Shown piece after piece: positions 12,812 through 24,093 of a stretch of DNA of 64,000 nt. This DNA comes from Cyanophora paradoxa CCMP329 (taxonomy: Eukaryota; Plantae; Glaucophyta), in assembly GCA_004431415.1 (NCBI GenBank), contig QPMI01000173.1:1-64000 (forward strand). Direction: 5' to 3'. A program made the position numbers and the translations under genes. Numbering within the stretch: the stretch's first letter is position 1; each line of letters begins with the position of its first letter. The notes under the pieces were generated by a model. It did not search any database. It was not told the DNA's origin and worked only from the letters and a program-made list of their open reading frames with translations.

Positions 12812-15800
12812 GCCGCCGCTTCCCGGTCTTGCTTCTCGTAATCGCGCTCCGCAATCTCGCAGGCGCGCCTGCCAACGCCGCCGCGGGGTGAGGAGACGGG
12901 GCGCGCGGGAAGCTAGAGATGACAAGCGGGGGCGACGGGACCTGCAGATCTCGAGGGCGCGGCGGACGTCGCCGGCGGCCGAGGCGACCTGCGGGGCGGG
13001 GGATGAGGTCGGATTAGATGCGGTCGAGTGGGGCGTGCTCTGTGGGGAGGGGATGGGGATGTGGCGGGGACCTTGCGGGAGACGAGCTCGACGGCGTCGG
13101 AGTGGAAGCACTTCACGTCCCGCACCCGGCTCTCCAGGATCGTCCGGATCTGCCCCCGAGGCACCCCTCACCACCCCGACCCTCGCCTCCCCTCCCGAGC
13201 GCCGCCGCCCCGCACCTGCTCCCGCGTGTAGGGCGCGAAGGTCACGCGCGTGAGGCCTGCGCGAGGGGGGCGGTCCGGGTCAGAAGCCCATCCCTCCCGC
13301 GGCGTCCCGAGGTGCCGGGCGAGGGAGGCAGCGGAGAGCGCTGGGGCTAGCACTCAGCGTGGCCGGGGCGGGGGGCGGTAGAGGGGGTGGAGAGGTGGGC
13401 GGGGGGGGCGGGGGCGGACTGAGGCGGGAGACGATGCGGGGCAGCATGCGCTCGGGCAGGTCCATCGTGTTCGCGATCCCCAGCACCACAAGCTGCCGTC
13501 CGTGCCGAGCAAGGGGGCCCGTGAGGCCGGCAGCGCCGGGCGGGATGGCCGGTGGCGGGGGGCAGGCACCTTCGCGTGCTTGCGCGTCGGCCAGTCGAAG
13601 AGGTTGTAGAGGACGGTCTGGTTGGGGCGGGGCGTCGGTGGGTGCAGGTGGCCTTGTGGGCGGGGAGCGGGGGGCACCTGCTTGCGGGTGACGAGGAGGT
13701 CGAGCTCGTCGACCAGGAGCACGCTGCACCCCCGGGGTCAGAGCTGCCGGCGGGGGGGCGCGCGGCGCGGGGCAGGAGGCGGGAGGGGCACGGCCGGACC
13801 AGCAGTTGCGCTTCGGGGCGGCGGTCGAGAAGCGCTGCTCGAGAAGCATGGCGGCCTGCGCGCGGTGCGGGATCTTGGATCGAATGTGAGGGCGGCGCAC
13901 AGGGCTTCAGACCTGGGCAGGGGACGCCCGCTTGCCCGTGAGCGCCCGGTACAGAACACAGTACGCCTTTGCAGGGGTACAGGTTACGAGGATCGGGAGG
14001 CAGGGTCGAGCAGGAGGTCAGGAGAGGGGTACGGCACCTGCTGGGGCTCATGCAGGCGCATTCCGTTGATCTCCACGAAATCGAACTCGGGGAGATCCTG
14101 GGGGAATGGAGGAGGACCGGCGTCGGAGGAGGGGATGGGGTCCGCCTCGCGCGCGGCGCCGGTTGGGCGTACCCCGGCGTCGGCGCTGCGGCGAAGCGAG
14201 CGCAGGACCTCGTAGACCGTCGCGGTCTTCCCGGTGCCCGGTACCCCCGAGATGTCTGCGGGCGGCGGTGGTCAGCGGCATGAGGCCGGAGCTATGAGGG
14301 CGATTTCCGGGGGTCGCTCACAGAGGCAGGAGCCCTTGCCCTCGCGGCGGATGGCGCCCTCGAGGAACGTGTGCACCGCCTCGCGCTCGCGCTGCGAAGG
14401 AAGGGGGTACCGCTCAGAACGGGGTACGGGTTGAGCGCCTGGGGGGATACGTGGCGCACTTGGCGGCAGGGCATGGACGTGGGAAGGGCGGAGAGGCGAA
14501 GCTGGAGGCTCGCGGCTTGGAAAACATTCTGCGGGGAACACGAAACTCAGGGGCGGCGCCGGGCGGTGGCGGTACGCTGACCTCGGTGCGGGGCTGGTTG
14601 GAGGGTGTACCGTCGAGCCAGGCGCCCGACTCCCGGGCGCAGGGCCGGGCCCCGCCCTCCGCCTCCTCCTTCCCCTGGCCATCGACCTTCTCGCCTGTAG
14701 CCCCCTCGGCGTCCTTGTAGTCGTACGCCCCGACGTGGCTCCACTTCGACAGGTCTACGCTCTCCGCCTTCCGCTCAGTCTGCGCGGGCGCTCAGCGGCG
14801 CTGCGCCGCCGAGGGGCGCGCCGGGTCAGGCTCTTGGGGGCACCTTCCGGGGGAACGCAAAGCCGGCGACGCGGCGGACGCGGGCGGTCGTGGAGGGCGC
14901 CCGCACGCGCTTGGGCGCTCCGCCCCCGTTCTCCTCCTCCTCCTCGCTGCACGCGTCGCCTGCCTCCGACTGCGCCGGCCGCGCGTCGGAGGCCGCCCGG
15001 TAGGCCGCGCTCGCGGAGGCGGCGGCCATCGCCCGCGCACCTCTTCGCAATCGACGTTTTCGTCGAACTCAGCGTCATCCTCCCCATCCTGCCGGGCCGG
15101 TCGGCGGCGGGGCGCAGCGATGCGCGGAAGCGACGCGCACGTCGTCCATCTCGCCGCCGCCGCACTCGCTGGCCTCGCTGTCGCTCTCGTCTTCGACGGC
15201 CGACCGCACGCGCGCGCGGCTGACCCAGTCGAGCTTGAGACCCGCCAGCGTCGTGAAGCGGCGGGTGACCACGTCGTACTTCGCGCGGCTGCCACGCCGG
15301 TGTCAGGAGCGCCCTCGCTCGCGAGCGAAATAGATCGCTCCGCACCAGAAGAACTCGTCTTCGTTGAAGTTCACCTCGTTGGCCCGTTCCCGCGCAATCA
15401 GCTCCGACCAGGGGAGCACGCGGCAGACGCCCAGGAGCACGTCGCAGTCGTTCTCGTCCTCGTGCGTCGACTCGAAAACCTGCCGCGCGCTCGCACGGCG
15501 GCCCGGGGATCGCACGGCGGCCCGGGACCGCGCGCCGCGCAGCGCACCTCCCGCTCGTGGTGCATCGAGAGGCGCCCCCAGTGCGTGTCCTGCGGGCGGT
15601 AGTACCAAAGAGCGGTAATGCCGATGCGCTTCGCCTTGTTCTGCTCCTGCCAGATGCTGCGCACGCACGCGGGGACGCGTCAGCGCTGGTCGCGGGCTAT
15701 GCGACACAGAAGCAGCGGCGCCTTGTGATCTTGCAGATGTGCGGCTTGTCCGGATCATCTCCTTGCAAGAAGACGGTGTCATCGACGAAGAAGCTCTCCT

Positions 15801-15987
15801 CGCCGCAGCGCAGGCAGTTGTAGAGCGTCCGAGCCGCCGCGCCCTTGCCTCTGCGCGCCTTCTGCTGGCCGATGGGCGTCTCTACGACATATTCTCGTTG
15901 CATGTTCCTGTTCACGCCGATACAAACGTCCTGGCCGCGCTCGCTGGCGGCGCGTGCTTTCGGCGGGAAGTCGTTCTGGGGGTACAT
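11721..15987 (-). CDS. ORC1: Origin recognition complex subunit 1 (BAH + AAA+ + winged helix); multi-exon, start at 15987 or 15903
   Basis: BAH domain (WYYRPQDT...[23 protein letters not shown]); Walker [15 protein letters not shown]; Walker [15 protein letters not shown]; VLYNLFDWP; [21 protein letters not shown]; [12 protein letters not shown]. Confidence 0.93.
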
Positions 15988-16077
15988 GCTTGACGGATAC
16001 CGGTACCCCAGACAGCGAACTTCTGAAATTCAACTTCACCGCGGGTCCATACACATACGCTCAGCCGCAGTCAAAGA

Positions 16078-18250
16078 ATGGAGCTGGACGACGGCGCCAG
16101 GTCGGACGATTGCGCCAGGTCACCCCGCCGCAAGCGCCAGCGATCAGACGCGCCCCACGCAGCAGCAGCAGCGCCGGCCCTCGAACAGGGCGTTCCGGCG
16201 CCGCACGCAACTGCAGCTGCAGCGTCCGCGGCCGCAGTACAGGGCGATGTGCTGAGCGCACTCGAGGCACTTCCCGACGCAGTCCTCGCGGAGATCCTAA
16301 AGCACCTCGGTGTCGTGGAGGCGGTCGTGCAGTCGCAGCTGTGGGCGGTGAGCCGGCGCTTCCAGCACCTGCTCGAGAGGGGCGCCGTTGATTTCCACGA
16401 GATCTCCGTCAGCTTGACCGCAATCGATCGCCGCGATTGCGACGATGAAGTCGCCCAGCTCGCACACGAGCAAACGCGCGCCGCGCTCATGCTGGCTCGC
16501 GCCGCCCGGCGCGGGCTTCTCCCCTGTATGCGCACGCTCAAGGTCAACTTCACGGTGCGCGGCATCGGCTTCGCGTTCGGGACGGAGGCTTTCACCGCGC
16601 TCCACGACCTGCTCTCGAGCGCCCGGCACGCCGCCCACGCCGTCGCGGTCAAGGCGGAGGTCGCCGCGGGCGCCGCGCAGCCTTGCTCAAACGACTTTAG
16701 CGAGGAGATCTTCAGGGGCGCTCTGACAGGCGAGCGCGGCGCCGGCTCCGAGGCTCGGACCCCCATCGTTCCGCCCCGCACTCTCCTGACGGGGCGGGGG
16801 GGGCGGCGGCGCAGCGCTCGGGGGCTCCCGCAGCCTGCGGAGCCTGCGCTTCGACTTCCCGGATGCCGGGGACGATCACCAGGCGCTAGATATGCCGGAA
16901 TCCCAGCTCGGGAGCGCCCTCCTCGGAGTGAAGCGTGCGCCAGCCGGGCCGGCCGGCTGGTCCGCGCCCTCCGGCCCTCTGATCGGTGGCGGGGGCGTGC
17001 AGACGTGAGGAGCCTGTTCCTGCCTGCCGGCATGCGGGTGACGAGGCGGGGGCAGGAGGTGCTCGCCGAGACGCTCCCCGGGCTCGAGGAGCTGGGGGCC
17101 TTCCTCGCGGCGAACACCCTCGCGCCCCTCGCCGCCCTCGCCGCCCTGCGCCGCCTGGAGATCCGGGACTGCATCAGCGACAGGCTCTTCGAGCTCCCCG
17201 AGATGCCCAGCCTCCGCTTCCTCTTCGTGCGCCCGGGCCCCCTCTCACCTCCGTCCCCCCGCCCCATCGTCTCGCCCCGCCCGGGGCGCCCAGCTGAAGC
17301 GGGCCCCGGGTACCGCAGATCCCGGACGTGGACCTGGCGACCCTCGCGCGGGCCCCCAACCTCGAGACGCTCGGCATGAACGTGCGTACCCCCCTCCCCT
17401 CCCCCCTACACCCCCGCCCAGCCCCCGCCCCGCCCCCATGCAAGCCCCTCCTCTGATCCGGAGACAGCTGAGCAAGGACAACGTGGGCCCCTTCGACGGG
17501 ATGACGGGGCTAAGGCAGCTGAGGACGCTGCGCCTCGGCCTCTCCGACGCCGCGCACGTGCCCCGCCTCACCCCCGCCCTCGCCTCCCTTCCCGACCTCC
17601 AGGTTCGCTTCCAGTCGCCCCGCAAGTTTTCCGGCGCTGAGCTTTCTTCGCAGCTGCTGGACGTGGCGCTGCACTGCGCGGTGGAGTCCCGCCCCGTGGC
17701 GCGGCTCGTGGCCGCCGGCGCGCACGCCCTGCGCCGCTGCACGTACGCCGTCTGCTGCGCCGTGCGCCCGCCCCCCAGCCGCGCCGCCTGCAAGACCAAT
17801 CAGCCAAGTAACGTCGGGGCGCAGACGGCGCTGAGCGAGGAGGAGGGGAGGGCGCTGGCGGGGTGCGGGAAGCTGGAGAGGGCGCACCTGTGGCACCCGC
17901 TGGGGGAGGCGCTGGAGGTGGCCCCCTACCGGAGCCTCGGGCGCCTGCTCGAGAGGGACTTCGGCGAGCGCCTCTGGATCGCCAACGCCAACGCCCAGGG
18001 GCGCGAGGCCCTGCGCCGCCTCGCGCCCCACGCCCGGGGCGACGAGCGCGGGGCCTCGGGGCGCGGCGCGCTCCCCTTCGATATCCTCGCCTTCGATTAC
18101 TTCGATTACTTCGGCGCGGCTGCCGCCTCGGACGCCTCGGACGCCTCAGACGCCTCGGACGCCTCGGACGACGACGGCGACGGCGGCTCCTCCGGCGCCG
18201 CCTCCAGCGCCCTCCTCGCCGCAGTGCATGATGTGCCGGACTCGGATTGA
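16078..18250 (+). CDS. F-box/LRR-like protein (F-box B), paralog of F-box A; multi-exon
   Basis: LEALPDAVLAEILKHLG...LWAVSRRF; LRRLEIRDC; LAGCGKLERAHLWH, matching LAGCERLERVWLWH in F-box A; (ASD)n 9-bp repeat near 18124-18170. Confidence 0.75.
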
Positions 18251-18662
18251 TTGTGATCTCGATACAGGCCCCGAAAGTGCATGGTCACGTTCCCACAACC
18301 CGAGCCTCATGGCCTAGCCTGACAACCCGATCGCGACTCTGCGAGCCTGATCATGATCATGTGCTCGAGAGCCTAGGTCAGCTGCAATAATCATTGAATT
18401 ATATACGTAATAGTCGTTATATACCGTAGTAGTAGTACGTAATATTAATAGTCGTGCAATGATCTCAATTGCAATTGCAAGCTTCAGCTGGGTATGCATG
18501 CGCAATTCGTGTAACTTGGCAATGCCTAGATCTAGAGTCTTAACTAGTAAGCCTTGAAGCTTCGTGATCAGTCTGAATTAGAGCGGCTAGAAACTTTTTG
18601 AAATCGCGGAAGCTGTAGAAGTCATTCAAATCATCGATCACGACGAACGCGGAGCAGTGCAG

Positions 18663-19867
18663 CTAAGGCTGCGGCGGCGCCTGTGCCGCGTGCTGGACCC
18701 CGGGGGCGGCGGCAGGGGCGGCGGTGGGCGTGGCGCTGGGGGCGAGGGCAGAGGTGGGGGCAGGAGCGGGGGCGGGGGCGGGGGCGGGAGGGGGCGGGGC
18801 GGCCCCCGGCGGGGGCGCTAGGGGCACGCCGTGCGCCTGCAGCAACCGTGTGGAGCAGGTGCGGGAGGGCGCCCTGGGCCGGGCCAGCACCGTTGGCCGG
18901 CCCCAGGGAAAGCGCCAGGGGGGCAGCCAAGTGCACGATCATGTGCTGCGGCTGCTGCGGCTGCGGCTGCGGCTGCGGCTGCAGCTGCTGGGGCGGGGGC
19001 GGGGGCAGCTGGACGGCGAGGTGCTGGAGGTGCTGGAGGTGCTGCTGCTGGAGGTGGAGGTGGATGCCGAGCTGCTGCTGGAGGTGCTGCTGCTGGACGG
19101 CGTGCACGTCCACGCCCTCCCCGTCCATTCACCGCGCTCTCCCCGCCCGCCCCCGCCCGCCCCGCCACCCGCTCTTGCCAACCTCTCGGGCGCCCCGGGC
19201 GGGGAAAGGGCGTAGAGAGAACACACTCGGGAGAGCACGATCTCGGAGTGGGGCAGGAGCTCTTTTAGCTCTCTCCGAGCCAGCTCGGCCTAAGAGCTCG
19301 CGTCAGGGCGCCAGGGGGGGCCAGGAGGGGGACAGGAGGGGGCGGGAAGGGAGGGAGGGGGAGGGGGGGGGGGGGGGGGGGGGGGAAGTACGAGCCTGCT
19401 CGGGCTGCCGTCAAAGATGCCGACTCTCAGCGAGCTCCCAAACTCCGCCGCGCGGAGCCGCCCGAGGGCCTCGAAGGCGCCGCGCGGCACCGGCTGCGAC
19501 GCGTCGTGCCAGAGCCACACCCGCCCGAGCCGCTCGCACCCCGCCAGCGCCTGCCCGCCCCGCTCGACGCGCGCGGCGCCGGGCTGCGCGGCGGGCGGGG
19601 GGAGGGGACCTGGGCCTCGGGGAGGGAGAGCTCGAGGGCCGGGGGGTGAGGCAGAAGCGGTGGCGCCAGGTGCGGAGGGCGCGGCGGCCGGGGAGACGAG
19701 CGCAGCGGACCAGAGGCGCGCCGCACACAGAGCCTCGCGGAGGCCGAGGCGCTCTACAATCTTCACTCGAAGCTCGTCAGTCAGATTGTCGAGCGTCGAG
19801 GGAGCCGGAAGCGTCGTGCACGAGGGCGCGCGACGCGGTTCGGATCTCCTTCCGCCGTACGCTTCAT
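18663..19867 (-). pseudogene. Internally deleted, frameshifted F-box paralog (F-box C)
   Basis: The start MKRTAEGDP (cf. MKRTADGEP in F-box A) is out of frame with the F-box TLDNLTDELRVKIVERLG. The sequence then jumps to a segment near-identical to 10050-10250, including its intron. A poly-Q/H tail lies at 18930-19110. Confidence 0.6.
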
Positions 19868-20025
19868 CGCATTCGCCGGCCGCAAGGCCCGAGCTTGCGG
19901 CGAGCTCGCGAAATCGGGCCGCCTGCGTTACGGGGCCGAAACCCGGCGAACCCGGCGAACCGGAGGCAGGGGGTATGCGGAGCCAGGTCGCGTTCTGTAC
20001 CCACATATACCAGGAAAAAAAGAAG

Positions 20026-20613
20026 ATGACTTGCTTCTTCGTGTCGCCGTCGAGATGGGCCGCCTCCGGTGGCGCGCCCGTCATATGTTCAGCCGCGGGA
20101 GATCAGGCGCCACCTCAGCCGCAGCCTCCTCCGCCCGCGGCCCGCACTTTCCTATCGAACGCCGTCGTAGAGGCCCTCGCAGCGTCATTCTGCAGGGAAT
20201 GGCCTTTCAGAACAGCTGGGAATGGTGCGGCCGAGGTCATCCTCGCATCGTTTGGGCGCAATTCTCCGCGCATCTCACCGCGTACGCCAAGCGCTGACGC
20301 CTGCAATGCAGATGAAGAGATGCACAGGCATCGAATCAGCCCAAAATCCCGCCCGCGGCACCCGCACCAGCCAGGCCCCACCCAGCCGGCGCCGGCACCA
20401 GCGTCGGCAGCGCCCGCGCCTCTCCGGCGTCCCTCGCCGGAGGAGGAGGCGCGTGTACCAAAGATCAGCCCAGATCAGTGGCCGCCGCGCCGCCCCGGCT
20501 CGACCTACCCGCCGCCCGCCTCACCGCTGGCGTCCCCGCCCCCACTGGCGTCGCCCGGTCCGCTGGACGTGGAGAGGTTCCTCCGTGGAAAGGTCGCCCA
20601 GCTCCGCGACTAG
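20026..20613 (+). CDS. Hypothetical small Pro-rich protein (probably 2 exons)
   Basis: ATG at 20026, a plausible phase-1 GT-AG intron at about 20225-20311 with a GCTGAC branch, and an ending of LDVERFLRGKVAQLRD*. No recognisable homology. Confidence 0.35.
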   Translation: MTCFFVSPSRWAASGGAPVICSAAGDQAPPQPQPPPPAARTFLSNAVVEALAASFCREWPFRTAGNGAAEVILASFGRNSPRISPRTPSADACNADEEMHRHRISPKSRPRHPHQPGPTQPAPAPASAAPAPLRRPSPEEEARVPKISPDQWPPRRPGSTYPPPASPLASPPPLASPGPLDVERFLRGKVAQLRD

Positions 20614-21787
20614 CCACGCTTGTGATGTACCGGCCCAGACCCCCGCCCCACGCCAGACCCTCCTTGCAACTTGTACAGCAGTGTGAATTTCAGTTCCGCG
20701 TCCATTTTCTCAGTCATGTACAGCAGTGTATCATTTCCTCGTCCGGCGTTCTGCAGCCGTCTCGCTAAGTAGCATCTATTTCTTGCGTTGGCCCAGTGCG
20801 CCGGCTCATGCTTCAACACTGAGTTGTAGAATAAAGCTTTCTCGGCACTGCATTGGATCCGGATCAAGATTCCAGAACTCAGCGGCTCGAGATAAGTTGA
20901 TAGGCAGTGTAATTGTGCGAATAGGAACCAGCTGTGCGCATGCGCACACTTACTACATGGACGTATACACAGTACTGCCGGTAGTGTGCTCTAGATCTTT
21001 TGCAATTATATTACAATTGGAACTTGCAAGGTAAATTCTCCGTGAATCTGAAGCCGAATACTCGGACTCTGGTATCGATGATCCCGCCCTGGACTCCCGC
21101 CCGCGGCCCCGGGCCCCATCAGACCGGGCGCCTCCATAGCTTAGCCTAGTTGTTACGTATACTAGCTTATGATAAAGCCTTGAAGATCCATACGGCATTG
21201 GTCATAATCACCGGGTATCTCGCTATAGATCTAGATCTCTCTTGCCGCATGCGCAGTGCGGTAAATATTGAACATCATGCAGGCCTAGGCGAACGTACAT
21301 GTACAGGTAGGCATCAGAGCACAAGCGAATTTAACGACTATACTACGCATGCGCAGCGAATTCGAACAGAATTTCGATAGCAGCAGGTCACGCCGGGGGC
21401 AGTCTCACCGTGGCGCCGCTGCGAAGCGATAACGACGGCGACAAAACAAGCTTTACATACGACGAGAAATCTACGCACGCAACTACAAACATACCTACCC
21501 AAGCTACTTTAAATAAGGGTAACTGACTAGACTACTAACTAGAAGGCGCCTAAGCCGGTACGAAAAGAAATGAGTGAACGAATACAGGTACAAGGCCCCA
21601 GGGCGGGGGCCGAAGAGCAGAGGCAGAAGCAGGAGGGAGGGAGACTAGGAAGACTCTGAGAAGCAAAGAGGCGGCCGGCCCCCGTCGAAAGAAGGAAGCG
21701 GGGCGAGAGAGCGCGGGGGCGACAGCGCCGGGGGCGCCCTCCGGGGGCCGAGAAGCGGGCTCCGGGGCGGCGGAGGCGGCGGCCGGG

Positions 21788-23124
21788 CTAGAAGCGGGGC
21801 ACCTGGAGGCCAAGGTTCTTGGAGAAATCGTCCGCCCGCAGCGTCCGGAAGGCCGCCCTGCGCCCCGCACCGCCCCCGCTCGCGCCCCCGCGGGGAGGGG
21901 GGGGGGTAGAGGCGCTACTGCGCCAGAGGGGCGGCCGGTCTAGGGGCCTAGGGCGCTCTTCTCTGCTTTCTAGTTCCAAGCTGCGGCCCCCGGCGAGCGG
22001 GGCGCGGCCCCCGCGCACGTGAAGGGCCGGTTCGAGACGGCCTGCCCCGAGCCGCTGTCCCGCAGCTTGTACCGTTCCTGGAAGTCCTTGTACTCCTGAG
22101 GGCGGGATGGGTCGGGGTACGTCGAGAGGGAAGGGGCGCGGGGCGCACGCCGTGCTGGAGGAACGGTATCTTCTTCCTGCTCGCGAACTCCTCGCGGGGG
22201 TCCACGGCCCGCCGCACCACCGCCCGGAACGGCGGCCGCAGAGGCTTCGGAAGCGAATTGGGCGTACCCGCCCGCGCGATCTGGCCTCGGGCGCCTCAGA
22301 TCGATCTGATCTGACCTGACCCCTGAGAAGGGCAGCGCGCACGTCGGCGATAGACGGGGGACCGCGCGTCTCGGGCCGCTGCTCGCGCATGTCGGACTGG
22401 CTCTTGGCCGCCTGCAGCTTGAGCGTGTCCTGCGGGGTGGGGGCGCGTCAGGGAAAGGGTCCGGGGGGTAGCGGGCGGGGTGCGGTGTGTGCGGGGGCCG
22501 GCGGCGCACGTCTCGGACGCTCCGTATGTGGAGGACGAAGGGCTTGGGGTTCGGGGAGGGGGAGGCAGCGGGGGCGGGGGCGGGGAGCTCGCCCTCCGAC
22601 CGGAGCGCCTCGCGGAGCGAGGGCGCCGAGCTCGTGATCGACCGGGGCGCGAGGCTCTGCGCCGTCCTCGACGTGCGGAAGGACCCCATGCTCGTCCCCG
22701 ACCGCGCCCTGCGCGCCCCGCGCCCACCGCTCGGCGCGGCGCCGGCGCGTCGGCGGGGCGGCCGGGGGCGGCTCACGTGTCGGAGCGCAGCAGGGACATC
22801 TGGCGCTTGATAGGGTCCTCGTCTGGCGGAGCACATCAGACGGGAATCCGAAGAGCGTGGCGCAGAACTGCAGCTCACAGGGGTCCTTCTCTAGAAGCAG
22901 CTCCGACATCGTCTTGATCTTCACCGTGTAGTCGCTGGGCGTGTGGATGGCGGAGACCCACCGCTTCGAGTGCGAGCTGCGCTCCGCCGGCGGCTGTCCG
23001 TTAAAAGCGAGCCGCGCGGGAGAGAAAGAGGTCTAGATAGGTCTGCGAATTAACGGCTCGCGCGCGGAGCGCGGCTATCAGTCGACATCCGGGCGCGGGC
23101 ACTGGGTCGGACACGGAAAGCCAT
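21788..23124 (-). CDS. Hypothetical multi-exon protein
   Basis: Chain of exons with GT-AG junctions: MAFR|PPAERSSHSKRWVSAIHTPSDYTVKIKTMSELLLEKDP|...|DTLKLQAAKSQSDMREQRPET...|EYKDFQERYKLRDS...|FRTLRADDFSKNLGLQVPRF*. No family recognised. Confidence 0.55.
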
Positions 23125-24093
23125 TCTATGTTACTTCGAGCCTACGGGACCGCAAACTCCAGTGGCAGGGGAGCTTCTCGGCCCGAATCTCATATGTCTG
23201 AACTCGCTGGCGCCGAACTCGCCTCGGGCGCGCGGCCGGGCAGGGCGCACCTCTTGGTGCTCCTGTTGGTCTTTTCTCCGGATGGAGATGTGTTCAGGGC
23301 TGGGAGGAGACCGCTCGCGCTTCGGGACACGGGTTGCTCATCGTCGAGGCCTGCGGCGCGCGCTTTATCAGCTTCGAGCTCATCGCAGAGGTCACTTTCG
23401 ATCCCGGCTAGCTGAAATGCTGCTGGGCTGGCTAGGCCTCTTCTGCTGCCCGTGGAGTTTCGAACTGGAAGTTCCCGCCCGCCGCCCGCGGCACGCGGGG
23501 CCTAGCGAGCGCGCCAGCCTATCATCGGCAACACACCGTGGAGCGACAGCGACCCCAGGCCGCTCGCCATCGCTAAACTCGACAGCCTCCCGCAGATTGC
23601 TCGGCGCCTGTACCCGGGCACGCCGCTTGGAGCCCCGAGCTCGAGCAGCTCCGGGGCCCGGGGCACGGGGGCCGGGGCCCGGGGCCCGGCCCGCCGGCGC
23701 CCGGGCCCCGCCGCCGCCCCGGGCCTCCGGCCGGGGACCGGCCCTAGCCTCCGGGATCCTTCGGCGACAATCGAGCTCGAGACTGCGGCCAGCGCTAGCG
23801 CGCGCGGCTGAGCGCGCGCGGGACGTCGACCGCGCTGCCCGGCGCGGCGCGGGACCTTGCCTGCAGGGCCGGGCAGGCCCAGTGCAGGGCTAGCTACTGG
23901 TGGGCTAGCGCTAGCGCTGCGCCCGGCGGCACACGTACCGGCCGCGGCCCGCTTGCATATTTGCATTTCAAGCGTCGTGCACCGATCGCGAGTCCGGCCC
24001 TCAGCAGCTGCACTACGTGGCGCACGCTCGATCGGGCCGGCGCCGGGCGCCCCGCCCCGGCCCCGGGGCCTGCCGGGCCGCCCGGGGCTCGAT

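Noticed and set aside
23100-24090. GC-rich ORFs and CCGGGG repeats between the hypothetical gene and the kinase
   Set aside because: Low-complexity sequence with no coherent exon chain or element boundaries.
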